A DNA stretch of 64,000 nucleotides from Octopus vulgaris (GCA_951406725.2 OX597842.1:2604001-2668000); one strand, 5' to 3'. Numbered from the stretch's first letter, positions 26,222 to 39,627 are shown. Numbers and translations are program-made. The notes: generated by a model from the letters alone, not told the origin.

Positions 26222-26502
26222 ATTTACTTAATTGCGATAGGATGGGCCTCGTTGATGAAATGACATGGTTCTGGGAGATGTAGCGAGCTGGCAGAATCGT
26301 TAGCACGCCGGGCGAAATGCTTAGCGATATTTCGTCTGTCGTTACGTTCTGAGTTCAAATTCCACCGAGGTCGACTTTGCCTTTCATCCTTTCGAGGTCG
26401 ATTAAATAAGTACCAGATACGCACTGGGGTTCATGTAATCGACTTAATCTATCCTTGTCTGTCCCCGCTATGTTTAGCCCCCTATGAGCAATAAAGAAAT
26501 AA
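26222..26502 (+). mobile_element. SINE family B
   Basis: Matches 699-932. Confidence 0.8.
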
Positions 26503-27017
26503 ATTTGCTATGCTTGAGAAGACGCATCAAGCTAAGGAAAATTGGTGCCAACCACACATACAAGCTTGTCCTTTACCGGCGCCATACATACAAAAAACAA
26601 CCAAGCTGGTGCTGCATAAAAGGAACTGTGTTGGTGACATGTAAAGAGCACCCAATCCACTCTGAAAAGTGGTTGGTATTAGGAAGGGCATCCAGCTGTA
26701 GAAGCCATTCCAAAGAAGACAACTGGAGCCTGGCCAGGTCCATGTCAAATTGTCCAACCCATACCAGGATGGAGAGTGGACGTTAAATGATGATGATGAT
26801 GATGGTGTTGATGATAATATGCTTACAAGGGCTTCTTTCAGTCTCTGCTTACCAAATCCACTCACAAGGTTTTGGTCAGCTCAAAGCTATAGCACAAGAC
26901 AATTATTGAAGGTGCCACACTGTGGGACTGAACCTGGAGCCATTGGGTTGGGAAGTAAACTTTTTACCACACAGCTACACCTTCACCTATATGTGTGTGT
27001 GTGTGTGTGTGTATGTC

Positions 27018-27051
<34 letters not shown>

Positions 27052-27888
27052 AGCATCGGTTGTCAAGTGATGGTGGGTGGGGGGAGACAAACACAGACAT
27101 TCAAACATATACATACAGATATATATACATATATACGACAGGCTTCTTCAAGTTTGTGTCTACCAAATCCACTCACAAGGCTTTGGTTGGCGCGAGGCTA
27201 TAGTAGAAGACACTTGGCCAAGGTGTCACGCAGTGGGACTGAACCCGGAACCATGTGGTTGGTAAGCAAGCTACTTACCACACACCCACTCCTGCGCCTG
27301 TCTACTTATATTTTCTATCAATATACATAATCTTTTCTACTCTAGGCACAAGGCCCGGAATTTTTGCAGAGGCGGGGCCAATCAATTAGATCAATCCCAG
27401 TACACAACTGATACTTATCTTATCGACTCCGAAAGAATAAAAAGCAAAGTCGACCTCGGTGGAATTTGAACTCAGAACCTAAAGACAGATGAAATACTGC
27501 CAAGCATTTTCCCCAGAGTGCTAACGTTTCTGCCAGCTCGCCACCTTTCATATACGTAAGAGCAGTTACATGTGTGAATGTATGTGCACCATACACACAC
27601 ACACACACTTACGTTCCGGTTGAACTACTCGTGTGTAACCCCCCCCCCTTCTTTCTAGACAATGGAAGTCTGAGTACAGTCGACATCCTGAAATATTTGT
27701 CATGTAATGTCTTGGCTGAGAGTCGTTCTTATCTCACGGCTTTGACCTGAATATTTCGAGTGCTTATTTGGAGCACACATGCATACACATACACATATAT
27801 ATATATCTGTATATATACATACATACATATATACATACACATACATACATGCATACATATATATATATGTATACACACCAAGACATAT

Positions 27889-27923
<35 letters not shown>

Positions 27924-28032
27924 CATATATCTATATATACACATACATACATATATATATATACAGACACACTCACACACATATATACACTCACATACAT
28001 ATATATCTACACACACACACACATATATACAC

Positions 28033-28072
<40 letters not shown>

Positions 28073-28419
28073 GCACACACAAACATACATATATCTATAT
28101 ATACACATACAAACATACATATATATATACACACACATGCTCACAATTGAAACCAGGGCAGCTCTCCAGCCTACCAGTTCCTGTCAAACCATCCACCCAT
28201 GCCAGCATGGAAAATGGACATCAAATGATGATGACGATGATGTAAAATATCTTGACATAATCCTTTTACACAAGAAAAGTACCATTCTCTCCTTCTCCTC
28301 CTCTCACTCTCTCCATATATGTGTGTGTGTGTTTGTGTGCGTATGCATGTGGTTCCTTTTAAATTATATCTAAATACTACTATCTAAAATCCCTTACATA
28401 TCTCTACAATGGAATTGTA

Positions 28420-28745
28420 GCTGTGCCGGTGGCACATAAGAGAACCATCCGAACGTGGCCGTTGCCAGCGCTGCCCCGACTGGCTTCTGTACCGGTGGCA
28501 TGTAAAAAGCACCATCCAATTGTGGCCGTTGCCAGCCTTGTCTGGCACCTGTGCCGGTGGCACGTAAAAAGCACCCACTACACTCACGGAGTGGTTGGCG
28601 TTAGGAAGGGCATCCAGCCGTAGAAACATTGCCAGATCAGACTAGGCCTGGTGCAGCCTTCTGGCTTCCCAGACCCCAGTTGAACCGTCCAACCCATGCC
28701 AGCATGGAAAGCGGATGCTAAACGATGATGATGATGATGATGATG
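28420..28745 (+). mobile_element. RTE LINE 3' UTR fragment with (GAT)n tail
   Basis: GGAGTGGTTGGCGTTAGGAAGGGCATCCAGC..GCATGGAAAGCGGA..(GAT)n, homologous to 6298-6830. Confidence 0.8.
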
Positions 28746-29396
28746 TCCCTAACATGTCCGGTTGGTCGCACTGCTTGCACAGACTCCTGTGACTCTCTCT
28801 CTCACCACCCAATTCCATCTGAATTGGGAGCTTGAGTCGTAGTGAGTCTTTCAATAGCCAATGACACAACCACAGACACAAAGCCTATGGATAGCCTATT
28901 GCAGTTGCTCTCCTGATAAAGTTTGGTGGCCCTCACCATTGATCTTCTAGGATTCCTTTGCTCAGCATCTACACAAGAAGCACCATTGGTTCAGTTCTGC
29001 TCTTCCACTATCCCATCACAATCTTCCATGCTGCAACCCATAAGTATTCAGGGCATAGTCACCACTATTTTCAAGATACTTGCACACCCTGACATAAAAA
29101 TCTTTGTAATTCCTATTAGCAAATGAAACATATGTAACGATGAATAAACAGTACCAATAAATTTTCAAACTTCCTCTTTTCTTATACTGCCATATTTAGA
29201 TACATGGATGGGTAGATGGATAGCTATTATCTAACTACCTCTGTCTATCTATATATCTGTTTATATCAACAAAAATTTAGATTCAGATGAATATGGTACT
29301 TAAGTTGAGACACCAGAATTTAGTATGGTATTATCCATATAATTTCAAAGTAAGGTGATTAAAATCAAAATAAGCAACAAGGATACCCATAGGTAA

Positions 29397-29488
29397 TGCA
29401 GTACGATCGTTTCATGCAACTCCATTTAATTGAACAATGCAATCATTTCATTACATCAATTTAAAATGCAGAGCAATCCTCAGCTGCA
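29397..29488 (-). ncRNA. Hammerhead ribozyme motif, intact core
   Basis: Minus strand TGCAG-CTGAGGA-[long stem II]-GAAA-CGATCG-TA-CTGCA; palindromic stem III; GUA site. Confidence 0.8.
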
Positions 29489-29561
29489 CAAAGACATAGA
29501 ATTTAATTAAATTAGAACAGATGGAAACATTAGTATAATTAAATTAAATTCTTTGTCTTTG

Positions 29562-29653
29562 TGCAGCTGAAGATTGCTCTACATTTTAAATTGATGTAAT
29601 GAAATGATTGCATTGTTCAATTAAATGGAGTCGCATGAAACGATCGTACTGCA
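29562..29653 (+). ncRNA. Hammerhead ribozyme motif, intact core
   Basis: TGCAG-CTGAAGA(29567-73)-[long stem II]-GAAA(29637-40)-CGATCG-TA-CTGCA. Confidence 0.8.
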
Positions 29654-29799
29654 TTACCTCTGGATATCCTTGTTGCTTATTTTGATATCTGTTTATATCT
29701 GTAGCTATCTATTTATCCATCTTCCAACCTCTGTCTACCTATGTGTTATTTTCTATCCATCCATGTCTTCCTCTCTCTATATGTATCGATTTATTGGGT

Positions 29800-29864
29800 C
29801 ACCTATCAATCTATCTATCTATATATATATCTATATCTATCTATCTCTCTACCTACCTACCTAC

Positions 29865-29901
<37 letters not shown>

Positions 29902-29991
29902 AATCTATCTATCTGTCCACCTATCTATCTGTCTATCTATCTCTGTCTATCTATCTATCTATCTGTCTGTCTGTTTATCTATCTATCACTC

Positions 29992-30032
<41 letters not shown>

Positions 30033-30170
30033 CTATATCTATCCATCTATCTATCAATCTTTCTATCTATCTATCTGCAACCTATCTATTTATGTATCTA
30101 CCTACCTACCTGCCTATTTATCTATCAATCTATCTATCTTCTCTATCTATCTATCTATCTACCTATCTTC

Positions 30171-30221
<51 letters not shown>

Positions 30222-30320
30222 ATCTATCTATCTGCAACCTATCTATTTATGTATCTACCTACCTACGTGCCTATTTATCTATCTATCTTCTCTATCTATC
30301 AATCTATCTCCCTATCCATA
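29800..30320. repeat. (TATC)n tetranucleotide microsatellite
   Basis: Direct inspection. Confidence 0.9.
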
Positions 30321-30362
30321 TATCAATTTTTCTTTGTACCTATCAACCCAATTCACTTTATT

Positions 30363-30422
<60 letters not shown>

Positions 30423-30932
30423 CAAGACACCTCAGCTGTCTTATCCGTTATTTGATCTCAACACCTCATTGTGTCCGTCTCAATCTCATTTTTATCTCTC
30501 TCCACATCTCCATGCATGTTCGAACCCTCAGACACATTGGCGACAGAACAAGCTTCGTTACATTTCAATTCACCTGGCCCAGGTCAGTCCGTACAGGTGA
30601 CACTCCTCACCTGTACTGTCTATGTCAAGAAGGAACAAACGAGGGAGACCTCCACATGGTAGATCGGAATTTTAGAAACAGCAGTCAAAATTCCTTTATA
30701 TTTTATGTATGTGTATGCAATAAGGAACACCTCTATATGATAGCTAGGCTTGCTAGAAATAGCAGTCAAATATCACTCAGCTACATATATCCAGATACAT
30801 TTATACATATATAAACAAATGGCGGTGCCCCCGCATGGCCACAGCTCGTGAGCTGAAACTAGATAAAATTTAAAAAATAAAAAAATATGTGTGTATGCAT
30901 ATATACATACATATTTGTACTCATATATATAT

Positions 30933-31310
30933 GTGGTAACTAGCTTGCTTATGAACCACATGGTTCCGGGTTCAGTCCCACTGCGTGGCACCTTGGGCAA
31001 GTGTCTTCTACTATAGCCTCGAGCCGACCAAAGACTTGTGAGTGGATTTGGTAGACGGAAACTGAAAGAAGCCTGTTGTATATATGTATGTATATGTGTG
31101 TATGTGTTGGTGTGTCTGTTTGTCCCCCCAAAGTTTCTTGACAACCGATGCTGGTGTGTTTACATCCCCATAACTTAGTGGTTTGGCAAAAGAGACCGAT
31201 AGAATAAGTACTAGGCTTACAAGGAATAAGTCCTGGGATCGATTTGCTCGATTAAAGGCGGTGCTCCAGCATGGCCACAGTCAAATGACTGAAACCTGTA
31301 AAAAGAGTAA
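30933..31310 (+). mobile_element. SINE family A
   Basis: Matches the other copies. Confidence 0.8.
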
Positions 31311-31320
31311 AAAAAAAAGA

Positions 31321-31358
<38 letters not shown>

Positions 31359-32199
31359 GCATACATATACATACATTCATACATACATACATACATACAT
31401 GCATGCATGCATACATACATACTTACACACACACACACACAAATATGTGATATTTGAGCGAGTGAGGCCTCTACATGACAGCCAAGCCTCTCAGAAATAG
31501 CAGCTAAATACCCCTCGAATCAATCACACCCTCTTGTCTTATGTATGTATAAGCTAACGAGAGAAACCTCTACATGATAGATAGACCTTGCAGAAAAAAA
31601 CAACCAAATCTCCCTCAAATCACACCCCACTGTCTTATATATGTATATATGGATGTATGCACCAATTAAGGTGACTTCTACATGGTAGCTGACCTGCTAG
31701 AAATAGCAACCAAAAATTCCTCAAAATACAGCCCGCTGTCATATACATTTACATATACATATATGGATAAGATACTGAGTGAGATGTCTATAGAGAGCTA
31801 GTCCTGCTGGAAATAGCAGCCAAATGTCAAATCACAACTTACTCTCATATACATGTGTGTGTGTATGTGTGTGTATGTGTGTGTGTGTATGCAGGCATGG
31901 CTGTGTGGTAAGTAGCTTGCTTCCCAACCACATGGTTCGGGGTTCAGTCCCACTGCATGGCACCTTGAGCAAGTGTCTTCTATCATAGCCTGAGGCCAAC
32001 CAAAGTCTTGTGAAGGAATTTTGGTTTGAAAGAATTCCATCATGGCATGGTTATGTGGTAAGAAGCGTACTCCCCAAACACATGGTTCCAGGTTCAGTCC
32101 CACTGCATGGCACCCTGGGCGAGTGTTTTCTACTATAGCCCTAAGCCGACCAAAACCTTGTGAGAGGATTTGGTAGATGGAAACTGAAAGAAATCTGTC

Positions 32200-32241
<42 letters not shown>

Positions 32242-32449
32242 TCCTAGACACAGCCTGGTCTAGGAATTGAACTCACTACTTTATGATTGTGAGCCTGACG
32301 CCCTAACCACTGAGCCATGTGCTAGCTACAACACCCTTTAAAAAAAAATTGTCTGTCATCCATAAGGATGATGAGAAGACCATCATCACTACATCAGACA
32401 AACATGAACCCCTTTCTTCAGACAAAACCCGATGGAATACTCTCTCTTT

Positions 32450-32850
32450 ACCCTTTTACTTGTTTCAGTCATGTGACTGTGGCCATGCTGGAGCACCGCC
32501 TTTAGTCGAGCAAATCAACCCCGGGACTTATTCTTTGTAAGCCTAGTACTTATTCTATCGGTCTCTTTTGCTGAACCACTAAGTTACAGAGATGTAAACA
32601 CACCAGCATCGGTTGTCAAGCAATGTTGGGGGGACAAACACAAACACACATACACACAAACACACATACACACATATACATATATACGACAGGCTTCTTT
32701 CAGTTTCCATCTACCAAATCCACTCACAAGGCTTTGGTCGGCCTGAGGCTATAGTAGAAGACACTTGCCCAAGGTGCCACGCAGTGGGACTGAACCCTGA
32801 ACCATGTGGTTGGTAAGCAAGCTACTTACCACACAGCCACTCCTACGCCT
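32450..32850 (-). mobile_element. SINE family A
   Basis: Reverse-complement match. Confidence 0.85.
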
Positions 32851-33818
32851 ATATAGGAGTTTGTAAAAGTAGGACTGCTTGGCTCAATTGAGTTATGAAT
32901 GCTTGCGTGCGAAGGAGCCCTTCATCTTAAGACAAGTATATGAAAGCACAACAAGGACAAAATGACACAGGAAACCCACAGATTAGATGCTATCTGGGAT
33001 TGATTAGGTTACTGAGAATATCTCGCACACATACGCACATACACAAACAGGTATACATGTAAACATATATATGCATCGATGAATACTTGCACACATATAC
33101 ACACACGCATGTGTGTGTGTGTGTGTATGGTCTTCTATTCTTTTATTTGTTTCAGTCATTTGATTGTGGCCATGCTGGTGCACCACCTTAAAGGGTTTTA
33201 GTCAAACAAATCAACCCCTACTACTTATTCTGTCAGACCCTCTTTGCTGAAATGTTAAGTCAGAGAGACATAAACACACCAACACCAGTTGTCAAGTGGT
33301 GATGAGAAGACAAACACAGACACACACACACACACACAATGGGCTTCTTTCAGTTTTCATCTACCAAATCCATTCACAAGGCTTTTGTTGGCCTGAGGCT
33401 GTAGAAGACATTTGCCATGCAGTGAGACTGAACCTGGAACCATGTGGTTATTACTAGTTTAACCCCAGGCAGATCTTCCGCCAGCTGAGTATCAGTGTAG
33501 CACTGCTCCCTGTACATATATATTGCTAGCAGGTGAGTAAACCCCTATGATCCTCCAGCAGATGACAGGATCATGCGACTCACTCAGATTCAAGCTAGTT
33601 TTCACATCTTCAGTCTTTATTCATTAACATGAGATAGAGAGACAGACAGACAGACAGATACAGACAGACAGACAAACAGAGACAAAGAGAGACAAATCTA
33701 TACATAATATATCATAAATTCAAAATAATAAGGGTGAAAAATTGAATATTAATTTGATTAATATCAATTTGAAACCAGTGGTCTAGCATATAGAAAAATT
33801 TGAAGTTTCAGAAAAATG

Positions 33819-33968
33819 ATATTACATACATATAAGGGGGATGACCACTAATCGGATATCCCTTATGCTAGAAGAACATTCCTTTCTTAGTGGTAAGACC
33901 ATAGCGGATCTTCTTCTAGCATAATGGATATCCACTTACAGGTCATCCCTCTTATATGTACGTAATAT
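33819..33968. repeat. Inverted repeat (58-bp arms) in a Penelope-like fragment
   Basis: 33819-33876 pairs with 33911-33968; the upstream layout resembles 56641-56790. Confidence 0.7.
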
Positions 33969-33974
33969 ATCATA

Positions 33975-34245
33975 TCAAGCTGGTATGGACATGTCCTCTG
34001 TTTCCTGCTAGATCATCCTCCCCAGGGCTTTATTCACATTCGACACAGCAGCTGTGGCTGGAAGATGCCTCATGGCAGGCCCTGTGCAGGATGGCTGCAC
34101 AGGATTAATAAGACATCCAGAGGTTCAACACCATCTTGGAGGATGTAAAGGGGCTGGCACAGGACCACAAGTGATGGAAAGCACTGAAGGACCTGGTCAG
34201 CTCTACGTGTGATGACCCCCCAGCCCCATCAAGCAGGAGCAAGAG
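33975..34245 (+). mobile_element. Degenerate RTE-like LINE C-terminal fragment
   Basis: Translates to GRPCAGW.. and DIQRFNTILEDVKGLAQDHK*WKAL, resembling the RTE GRP..W..AQDR..W motif; frameshift and stop present. Confidence 0.55.
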
Positions 34246-34286
34246 ATGAAGCATATCATATATACATACATCACAGTACTAACCAG

Positions 34287-34334
<48 letters not shown>

Positions 34335-34588
34335 AAGGGCTTTTTTCAGTTTCCATCTACTAAATCCTTGCACAAGGCTTTGGTCATCCCGGAGCTATAG
34401 AAGGAGGTGCCACAGATTGGGATTGAACCTGAAATGATGTGGTTGGGAAGCAAACTTCTTGTCACACTTGTGCCATATATACGTATGTATGTATGTATGT
34501 AAGCATGTATGTATGTATGTGTGTGTGTGTAGAAGGTTGAAAAGGAACACACAAGTTGATGCGTATATGGAAAAAACTCAAGGTAGAA

Positions 34589-34925
34589 AATGCCAAAAAA
34601 ATTTTATCATAAAAAATTATTTCAGTACCGGTTTCAGTCATTGAGACTTTTTCAGTTCTAAGTATGGAAAACAATTAAATTTTGGAAAAATTAAAAGAAA
34701 AGTTTTTTAAAAGAATATTTGCATAGTATTCAAATACAAGGGACATTTTCCTTGTTTCTGCCTGTCTCTGTCTCTCTTGTTTACAAATACTAGTATTCTT
34801 TTAAAATACTTTTCATTTAATTTTTCCAAAATGTAATTATTTTCCATACTTAGAATTGAAAAAGTCTCAATGACTGAAACCAGTACTGAAATGGTTTTTA
34901 TGATAAAATTATTTTAGCATTTTCT
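34589..34925. repeat. Inverted repeat (~130-bp arms) with a degenerate hammerhead-like motif in each arm
   Basis: Minus 34621-34660 reads CTGAAAA-AGTC(TCAAT)GACT-GAAA-CCGG-TA-CTGAA; plus-strand copy at 34850-34890. Confidence 0.7.
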
Positions 34926-34941
34926 ATCTTGACTTTTTTCC

Positions 34942-34983
<42 letters not shown>

Positions 34984-35053
34984 ATGTATGTATGTATGTT
35001 TGTATGTATGTATGCAGGTATGTGTATATATATAAATATGTATGCATGCAGGC

Positions 35054-35094
<41 letters not shown>

Positions 35095-36285
35095 AGTTTG
35101 TATGTATATGAATATATAATTATTTATATGTATGTGTGTATATATATATATATATGTATGTATATATATATATATGTATATATATATACATGTGTGTATA
35201 TATATATATGTGTGTGTGTATATATATATATATGTATATATATGTGTATATATATATATACATATATATATATACATATATATTTATATGTATATATATA
35301 TATATTATAAACTCTCACATACTCACACATATGTAGATCTTCACATTTTAAAGGTTTGTCATAACTGCAGGCTGATTGACATGTGGAAGCATATTTGCAT
35401 ACATACACATATATACACACACACACACACATAGACGGGAGGTAAACACACCAGCATCGGTTGTCAAGCTATGGTGGAGGGGAATAAACAGAGACACACA
35501 AACATATACACACACATACATATATACATACATATATATTTCAGGGGTAAAGAGAAACTGAGTGAGAATATAGACTTAGGGACTTAAGAGACAGACAGCC
35601 TGTCAGTGAAAGATTGAGAAAGCCGGCGATGAAAGAGAAGATAGAGAAAGGGAGAGAGAATGGGGGTGGGGGTGGCCATGGGGGGAGGGGAGTGCTGCGA
35701 CCCCCATCTCCGCTCCCTTTTCGTGGCCCCTAATCTCTGCCACTGTATAAACAGATAAAAATCTCTTAAATGTCAACACAACGTGCTTAAGACCTCACAA
35801 AACAAACAAACAACATCCGTGTACCAACAACAAGATGGAGAGCAGATGGGGTACCCACAACAATAAGAGGTACTATATAATTACTACTACAACAACAACA
35901 ACAACAACAGCAGCACAATTGCAACAGCTATGAACTTAACACATTTACGACAACAGAAACTGCAACTAACAACAACAACAGCTAAAATATCTTTTTATCA
36001 GTTTGCTTGTTTCAGATATTTGACTGTGGCCAGGCTGGGGCACAATCTTGAATTTTTAGTCAAATGAATCGACCCCAGTACTATTTTTCTCTCTTTTACT
36101 CTTTTATTTGCTTCAGACATTTGACTGCGGCCATGCTGGAGCACCAGCAAATCGACCCCAGGACTTATTCTTTGTAAGCCTAGTACTTATTCTATCGGTT
36201 GCTTTTGCCGAATCACTAAGTTATGGGGGATGTAAACACACCAGCATCGGTTGTCAAGTGATATTGGAGGGACAAGCACAGACAC

Positions 36286-36325
<40 letters not shown>

Positions 36326-37605
36326 ATATATACAACAGGCTTCTTTCATTTTCCTTCTACCAAATCCACTCCTTGTTCGGCCGGAGGCTATAGTAGAAAG
36401 CACTTGTCCAAGGTGCCATGCAGTGGGACTGAACCCAGAACCATGTGGTTTGTAAGACAGAAACTGAGAGAAGCTTGTCGTATATATATATAAATATGTG
36501 TGTGTGCGTGTGCATGTATATGTATGTGTGTCTGTGTTTGTTACCCCACCATTGCTTGACAACGGATGCTGGTGTGTTTACATCCATGTAACCTAGCTAT
36601 TCGACAAAAGCGACTTTTAGAATAAGTACTAGGCTTACAAAGAATAAGGCTTGGGGTTGATATGTTCAACTAAAGGCAGTGCTCCAGCATGGCCACAGTC
36701 AAATGAATGAAATAAAAGAAAAGACAAGAAAAGTAGAAATGTCCACTCCATAAAGAAGTTGGTGTTAGGAATGACATCTGACCATACAACCCATGCCATA
36801 GCAGACTGGATTCTGGTGCAGGCCTCTGGCTTACCATCTCTTGTTAAACTGTTCAACTCATGCCAGCATGGAAGATAGACATTAAATGATGATGATGATG
36901 ATGATGAAATACATTCACTCAGATATATACGACAGGCTTCCACACAGTTTCCATCAGCAAAATTCACTCACAAGGCATTTGTCAGCGCAGGGCTTAGACA
37001 TTTGTCTCGGGTGACATGTCTTTGGAAGGTAAGCTTCTTAACCATACAGCCAGGCCTACTCCTACACACACACACATCCTTATCCTTTACTTGTTGCAGT
37101 GATTAGACTGTGGCCATGCTTGGGCACTACCTTGAGATCTTTTTAGTCGAATGTATCAACCCCAGTACTATTTCTTCCTTTTTAAAGACTAGTACTTATC
37201 CAATCAATATCTTTTGCCAACTTACTAAGTTATGGGGATGTAAACACGCCCACACCGGTTGTCAAGTGATGGTGTACGACAATCACAAACACATGGATGT
37301 ATAGACAAAGGAAGCCCCTTGTATGTATGTAAATATATATATATATATATATATAATAATAAATATTAGGGAATAAATCCAAATATTTTATATTTTATAT
37401 TTTATATTTTATATTTTATATTTTATATTTTATATTTAATTGTTGATAGGTTTATTTTAGTTTATATATTGTTTATATATTGATTATATATGGATTATAT
37501 ATAGGTTATATATGGATTATATATTTATATTTTTTCATTCATACTTTAATTATTTTAAAATTATTATTTTTATATTTTAAAATATTGATATTTTAGATTG
37601 GAAGT

Positions 37606-37648
37606 CCACCTGAAGATTGTCGATCAAGACAAGAAACGATTGTAGTGG
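37606..37648 (+). ncRNA. Minimal hammerhead ribozyme, intact core
   Basis: CCAC-CTGAAGA-TTGTC(GATCAA)GACAA-GAAA-CGATTG-TA-GTGG; perfect stems I and II; GUA site. Confidence 0.85.
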
Positions 37649-37971
37649 CGTTTTTTTTGACTATTTATTAAAATTTTATGTATTGATTAAGTCTTTCCTT
37701 GTTTGTTTTGCAAAATAGTGGTTTTGTCTCTAATAATATTTTATATATATATATATATATACATATGTGTACATATATACACACACGTTTATATATATAT
37801 ATATTAACATATAAATATATATATAAAATTATAACTTAGGGTATCTCCGAGATACCGCCATGCTGAAAATAGTACCCAGTATCTAACTCTAAAACCACCT
37901 TAAGTGTTCATATAGCAACAGGGAGAGAAGACAAAAAGACAAGATGAAACTAGTAAAAAAATTACTGGATA

Positions 37972-38030
37972 ATTCTAGATCCCGGATTTCTGGCTTTGCA
38001 TTAAGAAATGCTTTGCCTCATCAGTGGAAT
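37972..38030 (-). ncRNA. Hammerhead ribozyme motif
   Basis: Minus strand ATTCCA-CTGATGA-GGC..GCATT/AATGC..GCC-A-GAAA-TCCGGG-ATC-TAGAAT; the sister arm reads TGGAAT, which restores stem I. Confidence 0.7.
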
Positions 38031-38570
38031 ATACTCAGATAGTAACATATATATATATGTATATTTACAACATACGAATACTTACATATACGAACTTATA
38101 CATACTGGAATTATCCAGTAATTTTTTACTAGTTTTATTTTGTCTTTTTGTCTTCTCTCCGTGTGCTATATGAACACTTAAGGTGGTTTTAGAGTCAGTT
38201 ACTGGCTGCTATTTTCAGCATGGTGGTATCTCGTAGATGCCATAAGTTATAAAGTTTAATAATAATTATTACCTTTGAAGGTTTTTATTTCCATGCTGGC
38301 CACTTGATAAGAGCGTTACTTAATTTAAATTAACGATCTTAACCTTATATATCCTACATGGCCTTGCTTTTTGCTTTTTGAGCCAAAAAGTTAACTTTAA
38401 CTTTATATATATATATTAAATTCAAATTACAATGAAAGTAAACAAAGTTTGCTTTAGACGTGTTGAGATGTATTGAAAGATAAGGAAATAATTTTATTCT
38501 CAAACACAGGATAAAGCTAATAATATAGCATGGACAGGATAAACTACCCATATTTTGCAGAAAAATCTGT

Positions 38571-38646
38571 TGGTGGCCAGCCATGAGACTCGAACTTACA
38601 TCCCTGTGATTACGTGTCAAGTGCTTTACCATTAAGCTAAACTGCC
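38571..38646 (-). pseudogene. tRNA-like sequence, anticodon CGT (Thr-like), ending in CCA
   Basis: GGCAGTT-TA-GCTT(AATGGTA)AAGC-A-CTTGA(CACGTAA)TCACA-GGGAT-GTAAG(TTCGAGT)CTCAT-GGCTGGC-CACCA; several stem mismatches. Confidence 0.65.
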
Positions 38647-38770
38647 TGAACAACAAATTTTTCTACAAATTTAGGATTTATAAATTTAGCTTTATAAGAT
38701 GCTATCATACATTAAATTCAACTTATATATATATGTGTGTGTGTATATATATATCTATCTATCTATATAT

Positions 38771-38820
<50 letters not shown>

Positions 38821-39485
38821 GACTGGTTTCTTTCAGTTTCCATCTACCAAATCCACTCACAAGGCTTTGGTCAGCCCGAGGCTACAGTAGAAGACACTCA
38901 ACAAAGGTGCCACATAGTGGGACTGAACCTGGGACCATGTGGTTGGGAAGCAAGCTTCTTACCACACAGCCACTCCTGCACCTATATATCTGTGTGTGTG
39001 TGTGTGTGTATAAACATATTTGTGTGTGTGTGTGTGTGTGTGTATGGTTGGCCAGAAGAGAAGAATTCAGTCAGTTTCGAAGAACATGTGCTGTTTGAGA
39101 AAAGATTTAATAATGGAATTCCCACAGAGACATTGGGCTGTCTGGGTGAGATAGGGGTGGCGGATGGGGGAGGAGTCAAGAAGTGGTGGGAGTAGAGACG
39201 TATAGGAAGCAGGACGCAGAGTCTCATGCGTTTTTCTGTTTATTTTCTTGGGATTAAGATTTCCATTGGAAACAAAATATTGTTTATAAATATTCAAGTG
39301 TCATATGTCGATAATTTGGAGATGGAGGCATGTGTGTGGGTGTATATATGTGTGTGTGTGTATATGTCTGTGTGTATGTTGAGTAGTGTGTGTATGAGAG
39401 TTGCTGAGAGAGAGAGAGAGAGAGAGAGTATGTGTGGTAATGATAAACATTGTGTATATTTATAACAACACTATATGAGTGTGCA

Positions 39486-39542
<57 letters not shown>

Positions 39543-39583
39543 GCTATATGCACTATATATATGTGTGTGTGTATATATATATA

Positions 39584-39623
<40 letters not shown>

Positions 39624-39627
<4 letters not shown>

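Larger units (their letters stand above)
29364..29686. repeat. ~150-bp inverted repeat with a ~22-nt spacer; each arm carries a hammerhead
   Basis: 29364-29513 is the reverse complement of 29536-29686 with few mismatches. Confidence 0.9.
37828..38700. mobile_element. Penelope-like element remnant with ~150-bp inverted arms, a hammerhead and a tRNA-like segment
   Basis: 37828-37978 pairs with 38105-38250; 38270-38310 resembles 14030-14070; flanked by (TA)n. Confidence 0.65.

Noticed and set aside
27689-27758. Pre-miRNA candidate hairpin
   Set aside because: It has large asymmetric bulges and no convincing match to a miRNA I recognise.
28760-29130. Possible relic of a restriction-like-endonuclease LINE (minus strand, ..ALCLWLCH)
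   Set aside because: Too degenerate, with several stops, to call from sequence alone.
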